Below, in pieces: positions 1 through 8,100 of a stretch of 46,961 bases of DNA (the stretch's first letter is position 1; every line of letters begins with the position of its first letter). Source of the DNA: Jimgerdemannia flammicorona (Eukaryota); contig RBNJ01000049.1 of the NCBI GenBank assembly GCA_003990765.1, positions 1-46,961 on the forward strand, in the 5' to 3' direction. The translations under genes were made by a program, and so were the position numbers. The notes under the pieces were generated by a model. That model saw nothing but the letters and a program-made list of their open reading frames with translations, ran no database searches and had not been told where the DNA came from.

Positions 1-468
1 AGAGCAAGCCATGTTGAGGAATACGCAGTGTGAAGAGACATTGGGAGGGGGGACCCAATCGCTAGGAACAAAATAGTGAGAGGACATCTCACCACGATCT
101 TGAAAGAAGATGGCAAGGTCAAGAGCACGATGAAAACATGTTAGACGAGCCGGATCAGTGAAGGAGAATTGTGAGGGAGTCGCAGGAAAAACAAAGCGAG
201 GTCCCAAGGATAAGGCAAAGACTTGAAGGGGAGAAAGGGGGCAGTCAGCCGAAGAAAAAGGAGGAGACAAAAGTGTTCCAAGAGAAGAATAAACCCGAAA
301 GTTCGGGACAAGCAACTGGGAAAGGCGAAGGGGGGACAGTATGAGGAACCACTCAGGGTACACCAGAAGCGACGACGGAATCCGAGAAGGGACGGGGACA
401 CCGGGGGAGAACCACGCCAGGGGGAAGTTTAAGAGCGGGAGGCCTTCCCCTTCCCTCTGACTTTTTTT
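1..468 (-). CDS. PLE reverse transcriptase ORF2, N-terminal part (no ATG near its start; predicted entry by -1 frameshift); runs off the window
   Basis: Stop-free frame from about 502 to 1, absent from the ORF track: FKKSQREGEGLPLLNFPLAWFSPGVPVPSRIPSSLLVYPEWFLILSPLRLSQLLVPNFRVYSSLGTLLSPPFSSADCPLSPLQVFALSLGPRFVFPATPSQFSFTDPARLTCFHRALDLAIFFQDRGEMSSHYFVPSDWVPPPNVSSHCVFLNMACS. Confidence 0.7.
421..468 (-). promoter_or_regulatory. Predicted -1 programmed ribosomal frameshift signal (A AAA AAA plus H-type pseudoknot)
   Basis: Slippery A7 at 468-462 is in phase with ORF1 (TCA AAA AAA GTC). After a 6-nt spacer, stem 1 is GGGA(455-452)/TCCC(440-437) and stem 2 is GGGGAAG(450-444)/CTTCCCC(427-421). 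The -1 frame is the RT frame. Confidence 0.65.
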
Positions 469-1633
469 GAAGGTGGCGAGCCCGACGAATGGGAGCACAC
501 CCCGTCAGAGTGCCAGATCTTGCGGCCACAGGCTTTTGTGCAGCCCTTACATTCAGGGGCATGGGTGGAGGAGGCAGAGGAGGAACCGGCAGAGGAAGCC
601 GAAGGCGAGCGAGCAGCCGAAGGGGCAGCAGCGCGAGGAACACCACCATGGGGACAGACGGACTTGGCCGGGTGCCAGTAGGCACGGTGGAGGCGACCGG
701 AGCAGACAGTGCAAGGCCAAGCCCCAACGGGGTGAGAACCAAGTTGGCGGCCATGCTTGGGGGCAGGGGGAACAGAGGAGGAGGCCTTGGCGGGGGAGGG
801 GGACCGGGAAGAGGCCGACGAAGCCTGGTTGGGCTTGGCGGGGGTCTTGGCGGGGCCTTGGCGGCGGCGGCGGCGAAGGAACGAACCTCAGCACGAGCAG
901 CAGCACGAGCTTCAGCGCGAATGGCTTCAGAGACTGAAACCTCAGGGGAGGCAGGGAGGGGAGCAGTGGCGGCGGCGCGAGCAGTAGCGGCGGCACATGA
1001 CGACTCCTGCTCGTGAAGACGAACAACAAAGGAAGTGCCGGCGAGGAGGAAACAACGCATAGCGTCGATGTCGGCGGCGACCGAAGGAACCTCGTGGATG
1101 GCAAAGCCACAGAAAGGGGCGGCATCCGAAAGGCGGGAGGAGGTGAAGGCCACGAAAGTGGCACAGGCACGGTGGAAGGCGGTGGAGGCGGCGGCGGCAG
1201 AAGCAGCGGCGGCATCAGCGGTGGCGAGTTTGGCGGCGGTGGTGGCGGCACAAACCTCTTCAGAGAGGGCTTGGCGGCGGGCCTCGGGGAGAACGGAGTA
1301 GCGGACAGCGGGCGGAGCGACGACGTCGACGTCACGGCAGAGACGAGCCTCCTTGGCGGAGAGGACAAGAACCGACCGGAACTGGGAGAGAAGCGGATGA
1401 CCAGAAGGACAAAGGTCCAGGGGGAGGGAAAGGATGGCAGACGAGATGTAGGTCTCGAAGGAGACAGTGGCGGGGGTAAAGGCAGGGGGAGGAGGAGGAG
1501 GAAGTACCTCATCCATGAGCTTGTCGACGAGGACGGAGGCCCCGAGAGCAGGCGGTACAGCAGAGGAGGAGAAAGGCCCAGCGGGAGCCAAGGGAGCAAA
1601 CCCAGAGCCAGTGTCAAAGCGAATGGAAGACAT
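429..1633 (-). CDS. PLE ORF1 (about 401 aa once one frameshift is corrected); Ala/Pro-rich, two Cys/His motifs, basic C-terminus
   Basis: ATG at 1633. The G4 run at 852-855 would be G5 by comparison with the neighbouring CTTGGCGGGGG repeat. Adding one base gives AKAPAKTPAKP...CTVCSGRLHRAYWHPAKSVCPH...CKGCTKACGRKIWHSDGVCSH...PSKKVRGKGKASRS*, with TAA at 431-429. Confidence 0.65.
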
Positions 1634-1897
1634 GTGGAAAAGCGTGTATAAGGGGGATGAATAAAGAACGTAACCAAAAGTGCATCAGCCGTTTATTGCC
1701 ACGTAAAAACGTGGTCCTTATATACAAAATATGACATCCCAAAAGGGAGGACGCGCCACAACTCGGGGCGAACCGAATTAGGAACCACATGACCGCCAGA
1801 GATAAGCGGAGATAACGGGAGAGCCAATCCCAGTTGCAGGATAAAAATCACAAACAAACATAAACAAAACAAATCCAAATCGAGATTAAAAAACATC
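1551..1897 (-). repeat. Left arm of inverted repeat (pseudo-LTR in element orientation: 5' UTR plus first ~27 codons of ORF1)
   Basis: Its reverse complement aligns with 2051-2397; the mismatches are mostly transitions. Confidence 0.95.
1692..1724 (-). promoter_or_regulatory. TATA box (TATATAA) followed by AATAAA within the pseudo-LTR
   Basis: Minus-strand TATATAA at 1724-1718 and AATAAA at 1697-1692, about 60-90 nt upstream of the ORF1 ATG; both are conserved in the inverted arm. Confidence 0.4.
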
Positions 1898-2050
1898 TGC
1901 AGACCCCGGAGGGGTGAGCGCGAGCGAGGGGTGAGGCCGAAACGGAGCGAGCCGCAGCGAGCCCGAGCGAAGCGAGGGGCCGAAGGCAGCGGAGGGGAGC
2001 AGAGTAAGGCCGAGACCCCGGAGCGAGCACGAGACCCCGGAGGGGGCAAG

Positions 2051-2397
2051 GATGTTTTTTAATCTCGATTTGGATTTGTTTTATTTATGTTTGTTTGTGA
2101 TTTTTATCCTGCAACTGGGATTGGCTCTCCCGTTATCTCCGCTTATCTCCAGCGGTCATGTGGTTCCTAATTCGGTTCGCCCCGAGTTGTGGCGCATCCT
2201 CCCTTTTGGGACGTCGTATTTTGTATATAAGGACTGCGTTTTTACATGGCAATAAACGGCTGATGCACTTTTGGTTACGTTCTTTGTTCGTCCCCCTTAT
2301 ACACGCTTTTCCACATGTCTTCCGTTTGCTTTGACACTGGCTCTGGGTTTGCTCCCTTGGCTCCCGCTGGGCCTTCCTCCTCCTCGGCTATACTACT
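2051..2397 (+). repeat. Right arm of inverted repeat (inverted pseudo-LTR ending in an ORF1-derived tail)
   Basis: Inverted copy of 1551-1897; encodes MSSVCFDTGSGFAPLAPAGPSSSSA and then joins AT-rich gypsy DNA. Confidence 0.95.
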
Positions 2398-3278
2398 TTG
2401 GGACTGGGTGCAATCAAGTGTCTATTCCCTATTTCCTTCTTCCAAATTTGGCTGTACCATCACAATAGTTTGGAAAGATCATCATTATCATTATCTTCTG
2501 CTGATAACTCTTTAATAGTATATATGTAGATATACTACTCTGGTTTCCAGATTAGCTTTTTCATTTGAATAGTAGAGATAATATTGTACTTGGATTTTGC
2601 TTTCTTCTTAATCTGTTCTAGCTATAGCTTAATATATCTTAGGGAGATTGTATTGGGTTTTTAGTTAATAAGTAGATTTTTTTGAGTGAGCCAGGATTTT
2701 CTAAGAATGAGATTATGTTCTGAAAGATATACAATATAGAAGATCTGCTTTGTAGTGTAGTCTCTAGTTATAGAAGTACACTCTTGCAGATTTTTGAGAG
2801 TTTCTGAGTTGGTTTATTTCTAAATATAATAATGTTTCTTTCTGAGTTTCTTTATATCTTGAGTCTAAACTTATCAGCAGTCTCCTTATCAAGATAGCAC
2901 TTACTTGCTCCACTATCAATAAGAACTTTAACAGAGTTTCCTTCAATTTTCTCTTATAAGTGAATATATTCAGGATTACTGTCTTGTCAAGTAACAATTA
3001 TTTCTAAAGAGACTTCTTCTTCCCAATCTTGTACATCTTTATCTTCATCAATAATATTCTTGATTTCTTCATTTTATTATTCTGGAATAGTTGACTTATA
3101 CTTCTAGATATATAATATATTCTTCTATATATTTGAAATAGTACATCTTGACTCTGTGAGAATATCATTCTGTTAGAATATATATACTGTTATTATTTCT
3201 GATCTTAGTCTTCAATACAAACAATCTTCTATATCTTGATCTTCTTCTTAGTCTTGTTAGAGTACTTTTTTATTGATC

Positions 3279-3285
3279 TGAAAGC

Positions 3286-3361
<76 letters not shown>

Positions 3362-4109
3362 CTGTCCACCACAAAAATTATGTGTATTATGCTGCCATCA
3401 CTACACACACCCTATTGTCGCCCATTTACGCCATCCATGTTACATGAAATCCTCCTCATACTCTGCCACATTCTCCACCTCCTTGTCCCGCCAATTGCTC
3501 TTCATGTTAACCTTACTGAAGAAATCATCCACCTGCTTCTTCGCCTTCCACTTCTGCTCGGCCTGTCTCTCCTCCTCCGCCCGCTTGCTGAACTCCGCCT
3601 GCCGGCTCTGGAGTTGGTCCTTCTTGTCCCGCGCCAATTTTTCCACTGCCAAGTCGGGCTCGCGCTCCTCCTTGGTCTTGTTGAGGCGGTTCACAATCGC
3701 GTTGACGCATATCTTGACGTGGATGCGTTTGACCTTATCCAGTTTGTGGAACGACACCTGCCCCGTTTCTATCCCTGCCATCTTCTTGAGGTTGTCCCAC
3801 GGCATGTAAACAATCGCTATGTTGTTTTTCTTGTTGCCATCGATACTGTTCGACTTGACTAATTGCGCGCAATCCACGAGCAGCTCTTTGGGGATCTCGG
3901 CCCAATCCTGGCCCGGCTGGAGGCGGAGGTAGACGTGGGCGCTTGAGAGCTTATCAATGTGAAACCAAACGTCCTCGGGAAACCCATACTTGATAAGATC
4001 CTCATTTTCGAACTTGTCCTTGCCCATGTAGATAGTGGCGGGCAGGTTGACAACATTGCTGGTGAAATACAGGACCATGGTGTGTATGCTGCGTGAAAGC
4101 TTTTTCTCT
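3279..4109 (-). pseudogene. CCDC25: Processed retrocopy of a CCDC25-family mRNA with poly(A) tail and 16-bp TSD
   Basis: TGAAAGCTTTTTCTCT occurs at 3279-3294 and 4094-4109. Between them are a poly(T) run to 3361, a 78-nt 3' UTR, an intronless ORF and a 15-nt 5' UTR. It interrupts a gypsy dUTPase. Confidence 0.95.
3440..4078 (-). CDS. CCDC25: CCDC25/Jlp2-family protein (NFACT-R/DUF814 domain plus coiled coil), 212 aa, open frame within the retrocopy
   Basis: Family motifs [17 protein letters not shown], [18 protein letters not shown], DCAQLVKxNSIx[12 protein letters not shown] and the C-terminal EEDFM. Confidence 0.93.
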   Translation of the reverse strand: MVLYFTSNVVNLPATIYMGKDKFENEDLIKYGFPEDVWFHIDKLSSAHVYLRLQPGQDWAEIPKELLVDCAQLVKSNSIDGNKKNNIAIVYMPWDNLKKMAGIETGQVSFHKLDKVKRIHVKICVNAIVNRLNKTKEEREPDLAVEKLARDKKDQLQSRQAEFSKRAEEERQAEQKWKAKKQVDDFFSKVNMKSNWRDKEVENVAEYEEDFM

Positions 4110-5133
4110 CTATCAGAGAGTGATAGTTTATTTATTTCTTTGACTTTAAGATTATTATATATTACCTTGATAATAGCTTAAACAATTCATTTTTCATATA
4201 TAATTTTGACTGCTTTCTGTCCAGTATTATATAGCAGGACCTTGATTTTGTCTTTGAATTCTTAGTCTATAACTCCTCTAGCTATACAGAGTCTCTCTTT
4301 CTTAATCAGACTGCTTCTTTCTATAAGACAGATATAGATTTCTTTAGAGACTTCCATTCCAATACCTATGCTAATAGTTACTTATTTATTTAGTTTAATA
4401 GTTACTTTTATACTAAAGTAGAGGTCATAGTTAGCATCAGATTTATATACTTCATTTAGAATTTTTGCAGCAATATAAAATCTCTTAACTTTGATTTTTT
4501 CAGAGATTTCTTTAAGATTATCTCTTATTATAGTAATAGTGTATGAGGAGAATGGTCTTTTGTTTATATTGGTCTTCTTATCAGGGTATTTACAAGACAT
4601 ATGTTCTCTCTTTTTATAGTAGAAATATGCTTCTTTCTTTATGAGTTTCTCTATTTTCTTATTGGACAATTTCTTTAAATTTTCTTACAATTTCAGAAGT
4701 TATTCCAAGATTTATATTTCTTTTTAAATTAATATCACTTATCTCCTTTGTTATTGTTTCTGTCATTTCTTAGTTTTTGGGCTACTAAGATAGTATATAC
4801 TCTAGTAATGGCTTATTCTAAGTATTATTACTTATATAAGTAATTATATAGTTATTTATACTCTTAGATCTTTTCTGATAACTATCTAAGAATTGTAGTA
4901 TCAAAGAAGTATACTGCTATGATTCTATTTACAGTTTGTTATATCAGCTATATTCTACTCTTATAGTATTCAGAAGAGTTTCTAATCTTATTACAAATAC
5001 TTTCTTTTCTATCATTATAGAATTAGAGGTTTTTGAGTTTAGTTCTAGCTTTGGAGATGTGAATAGAGCTATAGAACTATTGAATGATCAGTTTCTTTGA
5101 TTTATGGTAGCTGAGTAGACTTTATAGTTAGAG

Positions 5134-8100
5134 TTTTTTTTTTTTTTTTTTTTTTTTTTATAGTTACTCAGACTTCTATTTATTACCACTCAATCTATAA
5201 ATAATAATACATATGTACCCACAACCTCTCAGCCAATGCCCCTCAGATCTCTCTCCCTACTCTCCATCTCTCTCTGCTAAAGGACAACCCAACTACCCAC
5301 TATCTGAACCCTCCCTCCACTCTTCTTGCAAATATATTTTACCAAATTCTGATGGCCCCCTCCACCCAATCCCTACCCTCTCCACCAACTATTCAAAATG
5401 TCAAGATTAACCATTCCCAATGTGCTACCCTAGCTCCAACTGCAACCTGCTGACCCCCCTCAAAGATATGAAGCCAATGACTAGTCAGCTCTATCCAAAT
5501 TACCAGGGCCCATCCTAAGGTCAATCATTCATCTCCAATCCTATCCACCAACCTATGCTGGAGGTCCCCACATCTCCCTCCTTCCCCCTCTACCAGAGAC
5601 TGCAATCCCAAACTACTAGTAATACTATGCCAAAACTCCCCCAAAACTTCACACTCCTCTAGCCAATGATTGGTACCACTCCTCCCTCCTGGTTAATATC
5701 CATACAATCCTCAAACTCAAATGTACCATCTACCACCAAGTGCCCTGACCAATAGTTCAGCATCACATTCTGCCTTAGGAATCTCCACCATACCACTCAG
5801 AACTTGAAGGGAAGCCACTGCATTGTCCTCTTACTCTAAAGCCAAACACCAATCCAGTCCTACTCCTTGCCAATCCCCACCCTTTGCCATGCTACAGACC
5901 ACACATCCCCCTGAGTCCCTGCATACATTCCATTCCATCACCAAGCTAAAAATCCTCCACCAATGTATCTCCCAGCATTAGCCAGTCCCATCTCCACATC
6001 CATGATCCCCAGTCCTCCTCTCCCTCATCACCCCTCCACTGAAGTCCAATTCTCCTTGCACTATCTACTACTTCTCACCAAAAACCTTTGTAATGTATCC
6101 TCCTGCTCTCATTCATGGCCACCATTGCTAGCAGGTTACCAGTCACTCAATAAGAGAAGTACTGGACTTCCCACACCCTCTGCATAAGTGGCACCCACTC
6201 CCAGCCTCTTAACTCACTTGTCCTCTTCGGCCACCATACTCTCAGATAATATAGGTGCTTGGTAAAGTCTACTAAGCCCAGCTCACCTCTGTCAACAGGC
6301 AAAGTCAGAACCTCCCAGCCTATCTGACTTCACCACCTGGCCCAAATCTATGATCTTGCCATCTTCAGAAGTCACCTGACCACTCATGCTGAGAATTCCA
6401 GATAATACCCCACATACTACAGCTTTAGCAGCCAATATACATTCAGCACTATCACCCATCCTGCCAAGGAGATATGCTGACCACCCCATCTCACAAGAAC
6501 ATTCCCCCATACTAGTAGCTACTGTTCCTACAATATATGAGACAGAAGGGATCCATATACTGAAAAGTAGATCCCCAAGTACCAGATCAGTTCTCCTGCT
6601 GGAACCACTGTTTCAATCATATCACTGCTAATTATTCTGCTACCTAGCATCAAAGTCTCACATTTGTACAAGTTGAGCTTAGCACCTGAGCCCCTCTCAT
6701 ACCATTCCACAGTCCTCCTTAATTCCTCCACATCCTCTAATAAACTCAGTCCAACCACTATATTATCTACAAAAGTCCCCCCCACCTTCCAGTTAATTCC
6801 CAAAATATCCAAACCCCCAATTCAATGCCAGATCCTGTCCAATAGGGGCTCTAAGGAAAGGGTGTATAGGATGAGTGACAAAGGATCTCCTTGCAGCACC
6901 CCATGACCTAGCAGAAAAGTAACACCCCTGTGCCCATTCACTACCAATACTGCTTGACTGTTTTTCAATAGACTGATTAATGACCTCCTGAACTCTGGGG
7001 GAACTTTTACCCATTTCAGCACTTCCTCCAGCCAGACTCTCACCCTGTTATATATCTTCTCCTGATCCAGAAACATTAACCAGCCATTAATCCCAGCTGC
7101 TCAAGCCACTTCAATCACTCCATAGATCCAGAGAGTTCCATCTCAGATCAACTGACCACCAACAAATCCCCTCTGCTCTACTCCTAGTATCTGCTGAGCA
7201 ATCTCCTGCAGTCTAGTCACCAAAATCTTTGTCACCAGCTTGCAGTCCATGTCAAGGAGCATGATCAGCTACCAGTTCTTCCTATCTTCTCTTCTCCCCT
7301 TATCCTTATAGAGCAAGGAGACCAACCATAGACACTGGCCCCCAATCCAAGTTCCAGATTAATGAACCTCATCACTCATTACCATCATCTCCTCCAATAC
7401 CACCTCCACTCCAGCTATCTTCTTCCAAAAATCCCAGAGAAGCCCATCCTCTCCTGGAGCTATCCCCTTACTTGTTGAAGCCAGGATCTTGCATACTTCC
7501 TCTCCCTGCACTGGGTCTCCCAGTATCCCCAGGTCCAGAGCTGGGTCCAGATACCAATTTTCTAACTGCTGTTTGATGTTTAGGGCATCCTCACCCCCTT
7601 CTTTGTCACTCTATAAATTCCCACAGTGAGTCCTCAGTAATCCCAAAATCTTAGGAGTCCCTGCCACCATCTCTCCATCTTCATCCAAAATACTATCCCA
7701 CTGTTGCCTGGTTCACTGAGCTTAGAGCAACTATGAAAGAAATCTAGTGGGCCTCTCTCCCTCCTCCAACCCCTGCCACTGCAACCTTGCCACCATCCCC
7801 TTCAGCTGAACCTCTTCCTCTATTCATAACACTTCCTTTAGCTCATCTACTTCTTTTTGTATCTGCAGAAATCGCCAATCAGCTGCTCCCCAATCCTCCG
7901 GCGACTCTGCCCACCTCCTCAGAAGTGCTGTCAATCTCTGTAAAGTTCATAGCACTTGTTGCCTCTGCTGAACACTCCTTCCTTCCTCCCTCCCTCCAGT
8001 ACCTCTGAGCACTTGTTTTCAGTCACTGCCAGTGATCCCCAATCACTAATCCCTGTTTCTGCCACCTACCAATCTTCACAATAACTTCCACCTCCCAGTC

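Larger units (their letters stand above)
1..2397 (-). mobile_element. Penelope-like retroelement (PLE), 5' portion, with inverted pseudo-LTR; continues beyond the left edge
   Basis: The minus-strand frame 468->1 translates to ...LSLGPRFVFP...FHRALDLAIFF...YFVPSDWVPPP, matching the conserved N-terminal motifs of PLE RTs (LSxGxxF-P, FxRxLxLxxFF, SxWxPP). There is an upstream ORF1 and a ~347-bp inverted repeat at the 5' end. The RT catalytic core lies outside the window. Confidence 0.75.
2398..5133 (-). mobile_element. Heavily decayed Ty3/gypsy internal fragment: gag zinc knuckle - dUTPase - protease
   Basis: Decayed CCHC knuckle YFYYKKREHMSCKYP (~4627-4583); dUTPase-like DANYDLY...RSSL...GVID...IKVLLYN (~4495-4094); protease VKVLIDSGASKCYL (DSG at 2917-2909) and ILRKSWL (~2700). 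Confidence 0.8.

Noticed and set aside
353-851. C-terminal part of the 426-aa ORF-track protein (PPRPPPSPTRL...SGVP)
   Set aside because: Probably out of frame after a 1-nt loss at 852-855; the alternative frame restores a PAK repeat, two aligned Cys/His motifs and the in-phase slippery site.
467-1677. Overlapping ORFs 467-937, 489-1016, 553-1677, 1013-1651 and others
   Set aside because: Shadow frames of GC-rich, low-complexity ORF1; no independent motifs.
1551-2397. Hammerhead ribozyme or telomeric repeats, expected for many PLEs
   Set aside because: Only CTGATGC (1688-1682, -) was found, with no downstream GAAA core; no tandem telomere-like repeats at the junction. A covariance-model search would be needed to exclude variants.
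1551-2397. DIRS-type or DNA-transposon terminal inverted repeats
   Set aside because: The arms are adjacent and include the ORF start rather than bracketing the element; the coding motifs are PLE-like.
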